Sequence record: DRR378314_1300
DNA length: 39,376 nt
Strand: one strand, 5' to 3'
Under the pieces are notes generated by a model. The model was not told the DNA's origin, searched no databases, and saw nothing but the letters and a program-made list of their open reading frames with translations. How positions within the stretch are numbered: position 1 is the first letter of the stretch; each line of letters opens with the position of its first letter. This document shows positions 18,523 through 29,667 of the stretch, piece after piece. Both the position numbers and the translations under genes were made by a program.

Positions 18523-20904
18523 ATGGCCAGGGTGGGCCTCGTGGGCTTCGCCTGCGGCGTTATCTTACTGTATAGCTTGGCGGTCTTGCCACCTTTGCAC
18601 TGGCTGATTTCCGCGACGCTTATCCCGTTTGTCGCGATGCGTCTTGCCAGTTCCACACTGTTCAAGGCCGTCTCCGTCTTCGTGGCAGGGGCATCGGTTG
18701 GACTGACCTGGGCGGCTTTACAAGCAACAACGCAGTTACAGGCGGTGTTGCCGCAAGCGTTGGAAGGTCAGGAGTTGGCTGTCTCCGGGTATCTTTGTGA
18801 CGTACCCTCCCAGGGCAGTTTTGGTAGCGTTCGTTTCGGCTTTTGCGTCGTGCAGTGGCATCTGCCTGAGCGGCTAAACACCGTTTCCTCCGATGAAATG
18901 CCGGATCGGTTGCGACTCGCCTGGTACGGCGACGATGCCACGACAACGCCCGGTCACCGGTTGACGCTGACGGTTGTGCTCAAGCGCCCCCATGGTGCCG
19001 TAAACCCCGAGGGCTTCCGCTACGAATCCTGGCTCTATCGTAAGGGCTTTGGTGCCACCGGCACCGTTCGCGAGCTTTCCAGCGCAGGCCAGCTTGAGTG
19101 CCCGCTGCCTTGTCGGTATCACCGCTGGCGGAGTGAGCTCGTAGACGCGACCTCCGACAGACTGTCTGACGCCCGCCATTTTCCGTTGATAACGTCACTG
19201 ATGTTGGGCTACCGCGGGCATATGCAGCCTGAACACTGGGACGTCCTCAAGGCGACGGGGACCATCCACCTGGTCGCGATCTCAGGCCTTCATCTGGGAT
19301 TGATCGCCGCTGGGGCAGGCTTTGTTTGCCGCCGTTTGCTGCTTCGTCTTCCGGAACGCCGGGTGTCACCCGCGACGTTGCGGTTGGTGGTCTTTCTCGT
19401 GGTGACCGTCGCGAGCGTCGGGTATGCGCTTGCGGCGGGCTTCTCGGTGCCCACAAGGCGAGCGCTGATTATGGTTATCATCGCAGGGTGGGTTCTGCTG
19501 GGCGCTCGGCAGACCGGGGTATTTACTGGCCTGTTGACCGCGCTGGTCGTGGTGTTGCTGAGCGACCCGTTCTCGCCCCTGGATCAGGGGTTCTGGTTGT
19601 CCTTCGGTGCTGTGACCGTCCTGGTGCTGCTGTTTGCCCTGCGTGTCGGGAAAACAGGTTGGTTCACGGGGCTGTTGTTGGCGCAGGCAGCGGTGTTTGC
19701 CGGGCTCTGGCCGATACTGTCCAGCCTGGGTCAACCTCAGCCGGTGGTTGGTCTGGCCGCCAATTTGTTTGCCATTCCCTGGGTGTCGCTGGTGGTTATG
19801 CCGCTATTGGCCCTGAGTGCCGTTGCACTGGCGTTCCTTCCTTCTGCAGACGCTCTGGTAATCGGTGCGCTGGACGGTGTCTTCGGGATTCTTTGGCAGG
19901 CGCTTTCTTGGTTCGCCAATGTTGATGTTGCATTGCCTGCGCCCGGTCCGTGGCAGATAGTCGGGTTCTCCGTCGTGGTTCTGGCGGCCATGCTGTTGCC
20001 GTTGAGTGGCTATAGAAAAGCGAGCGTCGGCGTTGTGTCGGTCTGGGTTGTCATGACCGCGTTTCGGGGTGTCGATATGGGGCAGGCAAATGAGTCGGTG
20101 CTCCACCCCGAACTCTGGGTTTGGGATGTCGGCCAGGGGTTATCCGTGATGCTTCGCGAACGGGACCAGGTGCTGCTCTACGACACCGGGCCGGCCATTG
20201 ATGGTGTCTACTCATCGGTGGAGTCTGTGTTAATTCCCAACCTGAGTGCGCTGGGTGTCCGGCGGATTAATACCCTGGTGATCAGTCATGGCGATGGCGA
20301 TCACGCTGGAGGCTTGCCATTGCTTTTCGATCGGTTTGAGGTTGGCCGGGTCATAACCGGCGAACCCGGGAGGCTTGCCGGCAAGGTGCCAGTGGGTGTG
20401 AACGTTGAGCCTTGTTCTGATTCGATCGAGGTCGGGATGGGCGTGTTGGAACTGGAGTTCTGGCGCAGTGGGGGCAGGGTTGAGGGTAATGATGCATCCT
20501 GCGTGCTGACGATATCGTCGGCGGTCCCGCCGGTTGAACTGGTGTTGCCCGGCGACATAACCCGCCGGGTGGAAGCGGAATTGATGGCCCGGTCCGACAC
20601 CCCCGGGGATGACGCCGACCATTATCGGGTTGTGCTGGCACCCCATCACGGCAGCAAAACATCCTCATCGGAACGGTGGGTTGCCCGGTTGGCGCCGGAT
20701 CTCGCCCTGGTCAGTGCGGGCTACCGGCATCGTTTCGGTCATCCCCACCCGGACGTGGTTGACCGTTACCGGTCTGTGGGCAGCGACATCGCCAATACCG
20801 CGACGTCCGGCGCAATCAGGTTGGTCCTTGAGCCGGACGGCGTGATAATGACAAAGGCCAGGGCTCAGACCCCATTCTGGATTCGTAAACCCGAAACTCC
20901 CTGA
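18523..20904 (+). CDS. comEC: DNA uptake channel ComEC/Rec2
   Basis: TGTIHLVAISGLHLG, GFSVPTRRA, GFWLSF, metallo-beta-lactamase domain DVGQG...YDTG...SHGDGDHAGG...PHHGSKTSS. Start uncertain (18466 or 18523). Confidence 0.93.
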   Translation: MARVGLVGFACGVILLYSLAVLPPLHWLISATLIPFVAMRLASSTLFKAVSVFVAGASVGLTWAALQATTQLQAVLPQALEGQELAVSGYLCDVPSQGSFGSVRFGFCVVQWHLPERLNTVSSDEMPDRLRLAWYGDDATTTPGHRLTLTVVLKRPHGAVNPEGFRYESWLYRKGFGATGTVRELSSAGQLECPLPCRYHRWRSELVDATSDRLSDARHFPLITSLMLGYRGHMQPEHWDVLKATGTIHLVAISGLHLGLIAAGAGFVCRRLLLRLPERRVSPATLRLVVFLVVTVASVGYALAAGFSVPTRRALIMVIIAGWVLLGARQTGVFTGLLTALVVVLLSDPFSPLDQGFWLSFGAVTVLVLLFALRVGKTGWFTGLLLAQAAVFAGLWPILSSLGQPQPVVGLAANLFAIPWVSLVVMPLLALSAVALAFLPSADALVIGALDGVFGILWQALSWFANVDVALPAPGPWQIVGFSVVVLAAMLLPLSGYRKASVGVVSVWVVMTAFRGVDMGQANESVLHPELWVWDVGQGLSVMLRERDQVLLYDTGPAIDGVYSSVESVLIPNLSALGVRRINTLVISHGDGDHAGGLPLLFDRFEVGRVITGEPGRLAGKVPVGVNVEPCSDSIEVGMGVLELEFWRSGGRVEGNDASCVLTISSAVPPVELVLPGDITRRVEAELMARSDTPGDDADHYRVVLAPHHGSKTSSSERWVARLAPDLALVSAGYRHRFGHPHPDVVDRYRSVGSDIANTATSGAIRLVLEPDGVIMTKARAQTPFWIRKPETP

Positions 20905-20996
20905 ACGGCGTGTAAAAACCGTGACATTCCGGGTGTGGCCTACACCGGCAGCTATGCTAAAGTAGCGCGGCTTGTTAACAATCAGGGAGACCAAGC

Positions 20997-21623
20997 GTGT
21001 TCGAGCTTTTGAAAGCCGGTGGCATCCTCATGGTGCCGATTCTTGCCTGTTCTATTCTTGCCCTTGCCATCATCCTGGAGCGTTTCTGGACGCTCAGACC
21101 ATCCAGGGTGACGCCCCAGAGCACCATTAACGAGCTGTGGCGGTGGATCAAGAAAAAAGAGCTTAACGGGCGTAAGCTCAAGGCGTTGCAGGGGTCGTCT
21201 CCCCTCGGCCGAATCCTCGCTGGCGGGCTGATGAATGCCAAGCACGGTCGCGAGATTATGAAGGAAAGCATTGAGCATGAAGCGAGTCAGGTCATTCATG
21301 AACTGGAGCGTTTCCTGAATCCCTTGGGCACCGTTGCGACCATCACGCCTCTTCTGGGCCTGCTGGGGACCGTTATCGGCATGATCAAAGTGTTTGCGGA
21401 GATCCAACTCGCAGGGGTAGGCGACGCCGGCAATCTGGCTGGGGGAATTTCGGAAGCATTGATTACCACGGCTTCGGGCCTCAGCGTGGCCATCCCCGCT
21501 CTTATTTGTCACCGTTATTTTATCCGCCGTGTTGACGAGTTGGTGGTGGGGATGGAGCAGGAAGCCATCAAGCTGGTTGAAGTGGTGCATGGTGACCGCG
21601 AAATCGACGTGGAAGGAGCCTGA
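20997..21623 (+). CDS. exbB: MotA/TolQ/ExbB proton channel protein (PocA-like)
   Basis: GG.LMVPI, PLLGLLGTVIGMIKVF, LAGGISEALITTASGL.VAIPA; GTG start with AGGGAG RBS. Confidence 0.9.
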   Translation: MFELLKAGGILMVPILACSILALAIILERFWTLRPSRVTPQSTINELWRWIKKKELNGRKLKALQGSSPLGRILAGGLMNAKHGREIMKESIEHEASQVIHELERFLNPLGTVATITPLLGLLGTVIGMIKVFAEIQLAGVGDAGNLAGGISEALITTASGLSVAIPALICHRYFIRRVDELVVGMEQEAIKLVEVVHGDREIDVEGA

Positions 21624-21628
21624 ACACC

Positions 21629-22054
21629 GTGAAGTTCAAGCGCCAGAGAAGTCAGGAAGTCGGGGTCGACCTGACGCCACTGATCGATGTGGTCTTCCTG
21701 CTGCTAATATTCTTTATGGTGTCGACCACGTTTACTCGTGAGAGTCACCTCAATATTGAATTGCCGGAAGCCAATGGCGAACGGTCGGAATCCGAGGCTG
21801 AGTTGATCGACGTCGTCATCAATGCCGAGGGCCAGTACATCCTCAATGACCGAACCTTGGTGAACAACCGTCGGGAAACCCTGGAGCGGGCAGTTCGGGA
21901 ACTGGCACAGAACGACACCACGTTGCCGTTCGTTATTACCGCTGATGCCCGTACCCCCCACGAGTTCGTTGTGCGTGCCATGGACGTGGCGGGCCGTCTT
22001 GGTTTTGCCAAACTCAGCATCACCACCGAACGAGAGGCGGAAGGCAGTGAGTGA
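21629..22054 (+). CDS. exbD: ExbD/TolR family protein (PocB-like)
   Basis: DLTPLIDVVFLLLIFFMVSTTF, ITADARTPH..VVRAMD. Confidence 0.9.
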   Translation: MKFKRQRSQEVGVDLTPLIDVVFLLLIFFMVSTTFTRESHLNIELPEANGERSESEAELIDVVINAEGQYILNDRTLVNNRRETLERAVRELAQNDTTLPFVITADARTPHEFVVRAMDVAGRLGFAKLSITTEREAEGSE

Positions 22055-23822
22055 CGCCACGTCGACAGCCGAAGAACCCCGCCAGCCGGCAACCAACTGG
22101 GGAACCTACAAACGCCTGTTGGCTTACGTAAAGCCGTTCTGGCTGGCGTTCTCACTGGCCGTGGTTGGTAATATCATCTACGCAGCGGCGTCCACCGGTA
22201 TGGCTGCGGCAATGGAATACGTCATTACGGCGCTGGAAAACCCCACCGACAGGAACCGGATCCTGCTAACGCTGCTGATTGTTGGTGTTTTCGCTTTTCG
22301 CGGCGTCGGTACCTTCATGAGCCAGTATTTCATCAGCTACGTCGGGCGACAGGTTATTAACGCCCTGCGCAAGCAGGTTTTCGACCGTTTGTTGAGTCTG
22401 CCTTCGCGCTATTTTGATGAGAACGCTTCCGGCCGGCTGGTTTCGAAGCTGACGTACAACGTGGAGCAGGTGGCGGACGCAACAACCAATGCCGTGACCA
22501 TCACCTTGAGGGAAGGACTGACCATCCTTGGCCTGCTTGGGTTCATGATCTACACCAACTGGAAGTTGACTCTGGTGTTCCTGGCCGTGGGGCCGTTGAT
22601 CGCGTTGGTGGTCAGTTACGCCAGCAAACGCTTCCGCAAGATCAGCAAGCGCATCCAGGGATCAATGGGTGACATTACCCACGTGGCCTCTGAATCTATC
22701 AGTGGCTACCGGGTGGTCCGCACTTTTGGGGGCGAGCACTATGAACGTGACCGTTTCCGCAAGGTGAGTGAGAAAAACCTGGAACAAAGCCTGAAAATGG
22801 CGTCCACCCAGGCGATCAGCATTCCGGTTATCCAGGTGTTGGTGGCGATTGCCATTGCCGCGCTGGTGTGGACCATGCTGGCGCCCGAAATCCGTGGTGA
22901 AATGAGTACTGGCCAGCTCGTGGCTTTCATTACCGCCGCAACCACGATGGCCAAGCCGATTCGCCAGGTCACCTCGGTACACGCAAAAATTCAGCGCGGC
23001 GTGGCCGCTGCCCACGATGTTTTCGGAACCATGGATGAGGAACCGGAACACGACCCGGGAACCTATGCGCCGGAACGGGTCGACGGCAACATCGAATTTG
23101 AAAACGTGTCTTTTCGCTACCGTGATCAGTTGGAAGACGTGCTGAAAGACATCTCCCTGAACATTCCTGCTGGTCAGAGCGTGGCCCTGGTCGGGCGTTC
23201 GGGCAGTGGCAAGTCGACGCTGGTCAGTCTTTTGCCGCGGTTCTATGAATACACGGGGGGAGATATCCGGCTGGACGGCCATTCCCTGAAGGAATTCAGT
23301 CTGGAGGCCCTGCGAGCCCAGATTGCGCTGGTTACTCAGAATGTGGTCCTGTTCAACGATACCATCGCCGCCAACATTGCCTATGGCGATCTCCGCCACT
23401 CCAGCCGCGAGCAGATCATGGACGCGGCAGGGAAGGCCCATGCCCTGGAGTTTATCGACCGTATGCCGGAGGGCCTGGACACTATGATTGGCGACAATGG
23501 GGTCATGCTGTCTGGTGGCCAGCGCCAGCGTCTGGCCATTGCCCGGGCGCTGTTGAAAAACGCACCGGTGTTGATCCTCGACGAGGCCACATCGGCATTG
23601 GATACCGAATCGGAGCGTCATATACAGGACGCCCTCGAAACCGTCATGCAGGGCCGTACCACCTTGGTTATTGCCCACCGCTTGTCCACCATCGAAAAGG
23701 CGGATCGCATCCTGGTAATGGACGGTGGCAGAATCGTCGAATCCGGTCGCCATGATGAGCTGTTGTCCCAGGGTGGCGCCTACGCTCAGCTCCACCAGAT
23801 GCAGTTCAGCGAGCAGGCATGA
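22047..23822 (+). CDS. msbA: Lipid A flippase MsbA
   Basis: ABC TMD plus NBD; TYKRLLAY, GRSGSGKST, LSGGQRQRLAIARA, LDEATSALDTESER; directly before lpxK. GTG start at 22047. Confidence 0.95.
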   Translation: MSDATSTAEEPRQPATNWGTYKRLLAYVKPFWLAFSLAVVGNIIYAAASTGMAAAMEYVITALENPTDRNRILLTLLIVGVFAFRGVGTFMSQYFISYVGRQVINALRKQVFDRLLSLPSRYFDENASGRLVSKLTYNVEQVADATTNAVTITLREGLTILGLLGFMIYTNWKLTLVFLAVGPLIALVVSYASKRFRKISKRIQGSMGDITHVASESISGYRVVRTFGGEHYERDRFRKVSEKNLEQSLKMASTQAISIPVIQVLVAIAIAALVWTMLAPEIRGEMSTGQLVAFITAATTMAKPIRQVTSVHAKIQRGVAAAHDVFGTMDEEPEHDPGTYAPERVDGNIEFENVSFRYRDQLEDVLKDISLNIPAGQSVALVGRSGSGKSTLVSLLPRFYEYTGGDIRLDGHSLKEFSLEALRAQIALVTQNVVLFNDTIAANIAYGDLRHSSREQIMDAAGKAHALEFIDRMPEGLDTMIGDNGVMLSGGQRQRLAIARALLKNAPVLILDEATSALDTESERHIQDALETVMQGRTTLVIAHRLSTIEKADRILVMDGGRIVESGRHDELLSQGGAYAQLHQMQFSEQA

Positions 23823-24847
23823 CCACGCTGGTGGAGCGGGTATGGTACAGCGGTAAGCGCCCCCTATGGCCCCTGTACCCTTTGGTCTGGCTTTACCGCA
23901 CCATTTCCGAAAACCGCCGCCGCCGGGCCTGGCAGGCGATGAACGAACGCATCCCGGTTCCCGTGGTGGTGGTGGGCAACATCACCGCCGGGGGCACCGG
24001 GAAATCGCCGTTGACCGCCGCCCTGACCAGCCTGCTTCGAGACCACGGCTGGCAGCCAGTGATCCTGAGCCGCGGCTATGGTGGCAAGTCCAATCACTAT
24101 CCCTTGTTGGTACGCGCTGATAGCGACGCGGCAATGGCCGGTGATGAGCCGGTGATGCTTGCCGCACAATCGGGATGCCCGGTTGTGGTGGATCCGGATC
24201 GAAAGCGGGGCGCCCTATGGGCGTTGGAGCAGGAGCTGGGCACCATTTTGGTCTGTGACGATGGGCTCCAGCACTATCGACTTCCCAGGGATATTGAGCT
24301 GGCCGTCTTCGACGCTGGCCGTGGTGTCGGCAACGGGGCCCTGATCCCTGTGGGGCCATTGCGTGAGCCTTTGACGCGACTGGAGTCTGTCGATTTCGTG
24401 ATCACCAATGGTGGCTTTCTGGATGTGCTTGAGCATGAGCGCCAGTACACCATGACCCTGGCCCCGACAGAACTGCGTAACCTCGTGACCGGTGAAGTCC
24501 TGTCGCCGGATCGTCTCCAGGGCCAGCGCGTGAGAGCCGTGGCGGGGATCGGTAATCCCAGCCGGTTTTTCGATACACTGATGACACTGGGTGCACAGGT
24601 CCGGCCGGTTGCCTTGCCGGACCACCACCGCTTTACGCCAGCCGATCTACACTCCGACGACGGTGAATGGTTGGTGATGACGGCCAAAGATGCCGTTAAG
24701 TGTCGTGGAATCGCGCCGGATAACACTTGGGTCCTGGCTGTTTCTGCCAGCCTCCCGGAGACGTTTGCTGACGCGTTCATGGCCTGCGTGAATGACTGCA
24801 CCCAAACGCTGGATACCAATGACACTGTGAGACCGCACCATGGATAA
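23819..24847 (+). CDS. lpxK: Tetraacyldisaccharide 4'-kinase
   Basis: [46 protein letters not shown]. Confidence 0.96.
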   Translation: MTTLVERVWYSGKRPLWPLYPLVWLYRTISENRRRRAWQAMNERIPVPVVVVGNITAGGTGKSPLTAALTSLLRDHGWQPVILSRGYGGKSNHYPLLVRADSDAAMAGDEPVMLAAQSGCPVVVDPDRKRGALWALEQELGTILVCDDGLQHYRLPRDIELAVFDAGRGVGNGALIPVGPLREPLTRLESVDFVITNGGFLDVLEHERQYTMTLAPTELRNLVTGEVLSPDRLQGQRVRAVAGIGNPSRFFDTLMTLGAQVRPVALPDHHRFTPADLHSDDGEWLVMTAKDAVKCRGIAPDNTWVLAVSASLPETFADAFMACVNDCTQTLDTNDTVRPHHG

Positions 24848-25028
24848 GAAACTGATCGCCCTGCTGGCATGCCCGGTTTGCAAAGGGGACCTGAAGCTGA
24901 ATGACGCCAAAACCGAACTTGTCTGTTACCAGGATGCCATGGCTTTTCCCGTCCGCGAAGGGATACCGGTGATGCTCGCCACCGAGGCGCGAACCCTGAC
25001 GACCGACGAGCGACTCTACAAACGCTGA
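24840..25028 (+). CDS. ycaR: Trm112-like protein (YcaR)
   Basis: [18 protein letters not shown]...[15 protein letters not shown]; between lpxK and kdsB. Confidence 0.92.
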   Translation: MDKKLIALLACPVCKGDLKLNDAKTELVCYQDAMAFPVREGIPVMLATEARTLTTDERLYKR

Positions 25029-25040
25029 CAGGAAGCCCGT

Positions 25041-25841
25041 ATGTCCTACACCGTTGTTATCCCGGCACGATATGCATCCACGCGTTTGCCGGGCAAGCCA
25101 CTGGCGGACATTGGCGGCAAGCCGATGATTGAGCATGTCTACCAGCGGGCGTGTGAAAGCCAGGCTGGCCGCGTGGTGATCGCCACGGATGACGAGCGCA
25201 TTGAGGCCGCCTGTGTCGCCTTCGGGGCGGAAGTGGTGATGACCTCTGCCAATCACGCCAGTGGCACTGATCGCCTTGAAGAGGTGGCCCGGAAGCTGGG
25301 GTTCGGCGCGGATAACCGGGTTGTCAATGTCCAGGGTGATGAGCCCTTGATTCCCCCGGAACTGATTGACCAGGTGGCTGCAAATCTCGAAGCGCACCCC
25401 GATGCGGCTATTGCCACGCTCTGCGAGCGAATTCCGGACGCCAACAGCGTGTTCAACCCCAACGTTGTCAAAGTGGTGTTCGATAACCGGGGCATGGCGC
25501 ATTATTTCAGCCGGGCTCCGATTCCCTGGGCCCGGGATGCATGGCAGGGTAGCGGCGACACCGCTGGCGCCGGACGGTCGCTACCGGAAGGGTGTGACTA
25601 CTATCGACACATTGGTATCTATGGCTACCGTGTCAGCCTTCTACGGAGTTTCGTGGACTGGGCGCCAGCCCCAACCGAGGTTACTGAATCCCTGGAACAG
25701 TTACGGGCGCTTTACAACGGAGCCCGCATCCACGTAGAGGAGGCTTGCCGGATACCGCCTGCGGGCGTGGATACCGCCGAGGACCTTGAGCGTCTGCGGC
25801 AAATCATGGCAACCAGGCAAAAGGAGGCAGGACACCCATGA
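25041..25841 (+). CDS. kdsB: CMP-Kdo synthetase
   Basis: [47 protein letters not shown]. Confidence 0.97.
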   Translation: MSYTVVIPARYASTRLPGKPLADIGGKPMIEHVYQRACESQAGRVVIATDDERIEAACVAFGAEVVMTSANHASGTDRLEEVARKLGFGADNRVVNVQGDEPLIPPELIDQVAANLEAHPDAAIATLCERIPDANSVFNPNVVKVVFDNRGMAHYFSRAPIPWARDAWQGSGDTAGAGRSLPEGCDYYRHIGIYGYRVSLLRSFVDWAPAPTEVTESLEQLRALYNGARIHVEEACRIPPAGVDTAEDLERLRQIMATRQKEAGHP

Positions 25842-26317
25842 GTCCGGGCGTGAACGTATTGTTTGTCTGTCTTGGCAACATCTGCCGCTCACCCAGCGCC
25901 GAAGGCGTCTTCCGCCAGGTGGTTCGTCAGTCTGGGTTTGAGGGTCGAATTACCATCGATTCCTGCGGTACTGGCGACTGGCATGTCGGCAAGTCCCCGG
26001 ACCAACGCGCCGTCGCGGCTGCAGGTAATCGCGGAATTGATATCAGCGACCTCCGTGCCCGTCAGTTTCAGGTCCAGGACCTGGACCGGTTCGATTACGT
26101 TCTGGTGATGGATCGTCAGAACCTTGCGGATGTGCGGGATGCCTGGCAACGACACGGGGGCACCGAGCCGGCCCTGTTCCTCGAATTCGGTCGATCCGGA
26201 GAGGATGAAGTGCCGGATCCGTATTACGGTGGCGACCAGGGCTTTGAACACGTACTTGATCTGATCACCGAGGCCAGCGAAGGCCTCCTTGCACATATCC
26301 GGGAGCGGCTGGCGTGA
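25838..26317 (+). CDS. Low-molecular-weight protein-tyrosine phosphatase
   Basis: [14 protein letters not shown]-loop and DPYYG. Confidence 0.95.
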   Translation: MSPGVNVLFVCLGNICRSPSAEGVFRQVVRQSGFEGRITIDSCGTGDWHVGKSPDQRAVAAAGNRGIDISDLRARQFQVQDLDRFDYVLVMDRQNLADVRDAWQRHGGTEPALFLEFGRSGEDEVPDPYYGGDQGFEHVLDLITEASEGLLAHIRERLA

Positions 26318-27348
26318 CCAGGTCCTGTGAGATCAGGGAGAACGTATCCCTCAGGTCCATGAACAGTCTTGGTATCGATGCGAGGGCAAGGTACTACGTG
26401 TCGGTCAGCTCCATCGAGGGGCTCCGGAAGGCCCTGGAGTGGGCATCGGATGCGTCCGTTGAGCCGCTCCTGCTCGGGGGAGGAAGCAACCTGGTGTTTG
26501 CCGGAGACTACCCGGGGCTGGTGATTCGCATCGCCATCGCCCGCCGGTGCTGGGAGCAGGTTGATGGTGATGAAGCGACACTGGCCCTGGGAGCCGGCGA
26601 AAACTGGCACGAAAGCGTGTTGTACGCGGCCTCCGCCGGTTACCGCGGTATCGAAAACCTGGCGCTGATTCCCGGTACGGTGGGCGCCGCCCCGGTCCAG
26701 AATATCGGAGCGTATGGCACCGAGCTGCAAGACACCCTGGTAGACGTCCGGGCACTGGATCGCCGAGCTGGCAACGAAGTGGTGTTGACCAACAGCTTGT
26801 GCCATTTCAGTTATCGCGACAGCGTGTTTAAGCACGAACCTGGGCGCTATGTCATCACTGAGGTCCGGCTACGGTTGTCCCGCGCTCGACCATTCTCGTT
26901 GGCCTATCGTGATCTTTCCGAGTATTTCGATGGCGAGGATCTGAAAGGCCTTACTCCTCTTGATGTGGCCCATGCGGTCATGGCGGTGCGCCGGCGCAAG
27001 TTGCCGGATCCCGGGCAGCTTCCGAACGCCGGCAGCTTCTTCAAGAACCCGGTTGTGCCACTGACAACCTGGGAGTCGCTGAAGAAGCAACATCCGGAGA
27101 TCGCCGGCTACCCTGGCGATGACAGTGCCAAAGTGGCGGCGGCATGGCTGATCGATCAATGTGGCTGGAAGGGTTACCGCAACAGCCGGGTCGGCGTGCA
27201 TAACCGCCAGGCACTGGTACTCGTGAATCACTCGAATGGCAGTGGCCGGGATGTTTTGGCGTTGGCCAATCGCATTCGGGAGGACGTCGAAGCCCGCTTC
27301 GGTATCGCGCTGGAAATGGAGCCGGGCGTGATTGGTTCAGGCCAGTAG
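26314..27348 (+). CDS. murB: UDP-N-acetylenolpyruvoylglucosamine reductase
   Basis: LGGGSN, ENLALIPGTVGAAPVQNIGAYG, YRDSVFK, NAGSFFKNP, QALVLVN, LEMEP. Confidence 0.97.
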   Translation: MTRSCEIRENVSLRSMNSLGIDARARYYVSVSSIEGLRKALEWASDASVEPLLLGGGSNLVFAGDYPGLVIRIAIARRCWEQVDGDEATLALGAGENWHESVLYAASAGYRGIENLALIPGTVGAAPVQNIGAYGTELQDTLVDVRALDRRAGNEVVLTNSLCHFSYRDSVFKHEPGRYVITEVRLRLSRARPFSLAYRDLSEYFDGEDLKGLTPLDVAHAVMAVRRRKLPDPGQLPNAGSFFKNPVVPLTTWESLKKQHPEIAGYPGDDSAKVAAAWLIDQCGWKGYRNSRVGVHNRQALVLVNHSNGSGRDVLALANRIREDVEARFGIALEMEPGVIGSGQ

Positions 27349-27367
27349 AGGTGGCCTGAACCAATCA
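27329..27367. repeat. Perfect 16-bp inverted repeat at the murB/proS junction
   Basis: TGATTGGTTCAGGCCA-GTAGAGG-TGGCCTGAACCAATCA; the murB TAG stop lies in the loop. Confidence 0.85.
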
Positions 27368-27385
27368 TTCACGTCGGCCGGTACG

Positions 27386-29119
27386 TCAGAGGCCGTTGCG
27401 CGGGGAGGCGCTGATCAGGAAGGGGAGTGCCTCAGCCAGCGGAATGTCCTGCTTCTCCTCATCACGGCGTCCCTTGTATTCCAGGGTTTCTGCCGCCAGG
27501 CCTCGCTCAGACACCACGAATCGGTGAGGAATACCGATCAGCTCCATATCCGCGAACTTCACGCCCGGACGTTCATTCCGGTCATCCAGTAGAACGTCGA
27601 AGCCTGCCTGGCGAAGTTGCTCATAGAGCTTCTCGCCAGCGGCCATCACAGCCGCGGATTTTTGACCGTTCAGTGTCACGATGGCGACCTCGAATGGTGC
27701 AATGGCGTCGGGCCAGATGATGCCCTTGTCGTCATGATTCTGTTCAATCGAGGATGCGACAATCCGGGACACACCAATGCCATAGCAACCCATTTCCAGG
27801 ATGGCGCTCTTGCCGTTTTCGTCCAGTACTGTGGCGTTCATGGCCTGGCTGTACTTGTTGCCCAGTTTGAAGATGTGGCCAACCTCGATACCACGTCGGA
27901 TCTCCAGTGTGCCCTTGCCGTCAGGGCTGGGATCGCCCTCCAGCACATTGCGAAGGTCTTCCACGCGGGCCAGGGGAGCATCCCGTTCCCAGTTTACGCC
28001 GGTCAGATGGTGGCCTTCCTTGTTGGCGCCACACACGAAGTCCACCATGTGTGCGGCACTGCGGTCGACGATGACGGGCACGGGCAGATTCACGGGGCCG
28101 ATGGAGCCGGCTTTGCAGCCAACCACCTTTTCGATTTCCTCGTCGGTCGCCATGGTCAGCGGTTCCGCGACATCGGGCAGGTTTTCCGCCTTGATTTCGT
28201 TCAGGGTGTGATCTCCCCGCAGAATCAGAGCGACCAGGCCGCTGTCGCCGTTCTCGTCCGCTTGGGCTTTAACCAGTAGTGTTTTGGCACAGCGACTGGC
28301 GTCCACGTTCAGGAAGGCGGCAACCGACTCGATGGTCCGTTGCTCCGGGGTGGCCACTTCCGTCATCGCCTCGGAAGGCGACGGGCGCTCCCCGGCGGGT
28401 GCGACGGCTTCGGCCTTTTCAATGTTGGCTGCATAGTCACTGTCGGTACTGAACACGATAGCGTCTTCGCCGGACGAGGCCAGCACATGAAATTCATGGG
28501 ACGCGCTTCCGCCGATGGCGCCGGAGTCCGCCTCGACAGGGCGGTAGTCCAGCCCCAGCCGGTCAAAGATGGCGCAGTAAGTGCGATGCATGACCTGATA
28601 CGTGTCGTTCAGGGAGTTCTTGTCCACATGAAACGAATAAGCATCCTTCATGATGAACTCACGGGCACGCATTACGCCGAACCGGGGGCGTCGTTCATCG
28701 CGGAACTTGGTCTGGATCTGATAAAAGTTTGCGGGCAGTTCCTTGTAGCTTTTCAGCTCGTTGCGGACCAGGTCGGTGATCACCTCTTCATGGGTCGGAC
28801 CAAAGCAGAAGTCACGACCATGACGGTCGTTCATCCGCAGCAGTTCGCCGCCGTAGAGCTCCCAGCGACCGGACTCCTGCCACAATTCCGCGGGTTGCAC
28901 GGCGGGCATGAGTACTTCCTGAGCGCCGCTCTTGTCCATTTCCTCGCGTACGATGCGTTCAACCTTGCGAAGCACTCTTAGCCCCATCGGCAACCAGGAA
29001 TAAAGGCCCGAGGCCAATTTTCGGATCATTCCCGCCCGGAGCATCATCTGGTGGCTGATGATCTCGGCATCGGCAGGTGTTTCTTTCTGGGTGGCAATCA
29101 GGTAACGGCTTGCTCGCAT
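27386..29119 (-). CDS. proS: Proline--tRNA ligase (bacterial type with INS editing domain)
   Basis: [67 protein letters not shown]. Confidence 0.98.
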   Translation of the reverse strand: MRASRYLIATQKETPADAEIISHQMMLRAGMIRKLASGLYSWLPMGLRVLRKVERIVREEMDKSGAQEVLMPAVQPAELWQESGRWELYGGELLRMNDRHGRDFCFGPTHEEVITDLVRNELKSYKELPANFYQIQTKFRDERRPRFGVMRAREFIMKDAYSFHVDKNSLNDTYQVMHRTYCAIFDRLGLDYRPVEADSGAIGGSASHEFHVLASSGEDAIVFSTDSDYAANIEKAEAVAPAGERPSPSEAMTEVATPEQRTIESVAAFLNVDASRCAKTLLVKAQADENGDSGLVALILRGDHTLNEIKAENLPDVAEPLTMATDEEIEKVVGCKAGSIGPVNLPVPVIVDRSAAHMVDFVCGANKEGHHLTGVNWERDAPLARVEDLRNVLEGDPSPDGKGTLEIRRGIEVGHIFKLGNKYSQAMNATVLDENGKSAILEMGCYGIGVSRIVASSIEQNHDDKGIIWPDAIAPFEVAIVTLNGQKSAAVMAAGEKLYEQLRQAGFDVLLDDRNERPGVKFADMELIGIPHRFVVSERGLAAETLEYKGRRDEEKQDIPLAEALPFLISASPRNGL

Positions 29120-29228
29120 TGTGTTATCCGTAAGCAGTTGAGAAGGGGTTCTTTATTTATCCTGTCGTGCTCGCTATTGTACGGAGCGATTACCACGAGG
29201 TACAGATGGACATACAGGGGAGTAGCGA

Positions 29229-29657
29229 ATGACATTGACTGCAGCGGAGGTCGAGGCCGTTATCAGGGCGGGGGTGCCCATGGCCGAGGATATCGGGTTT
29301 GTCGTCGATGAAGCGAGGGAGGAAGGATTCGCACGTACCCGCCTGGTGTTTTCGGAGCGTCTGATTCGCCCCGGTGGCACACTGTCCGGCCCGGTGCAGA
29401 TGGCCCTGGCGGATGCCGCCATGTACGCGGCGGTGATGGCTGCGATTGGGCACGTTGAAATGGCGGTAACCAGCAACCTCTCGATCAACTTCCTGCACAA
29501 GCCGGCACCGGACGACCTGATTGGCGAAGCCAGGGTTCTGAGGATGGGGCGCCGGATTGCTTTCTGCGAAGTGCGGTTGTTGTCGGTACAGGGAAACGAG
29601 GAGAAACTGGTCGCCCATGTAACGGGCAGCTATGCTTTACCTTACAACCGCGATTGA
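29229..29657 (+). CDS. PaaI-family (hotdog-fold) thioesterase
   Basis: RPGGTLSGPVQMALAD, AVTSNLSINFL, G.RIAFCEV, VAHVTGSY. Confidence 0.85.
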   Translation: MTLTAAEVEAVIRAGVPMAEDIGFVVDEAREEGFARTRLVFSERLIRPGGTLSGPVQMALADAAMYAAVMAAIGHVEMAVTSNLSINFLHKPAPDDLIGEARVLRMGRRIAFCEVRLLSVQGNEEKLVAHVTGSYALPYNRD

Positions 29658-29667
29658 AGCAGGAGAT

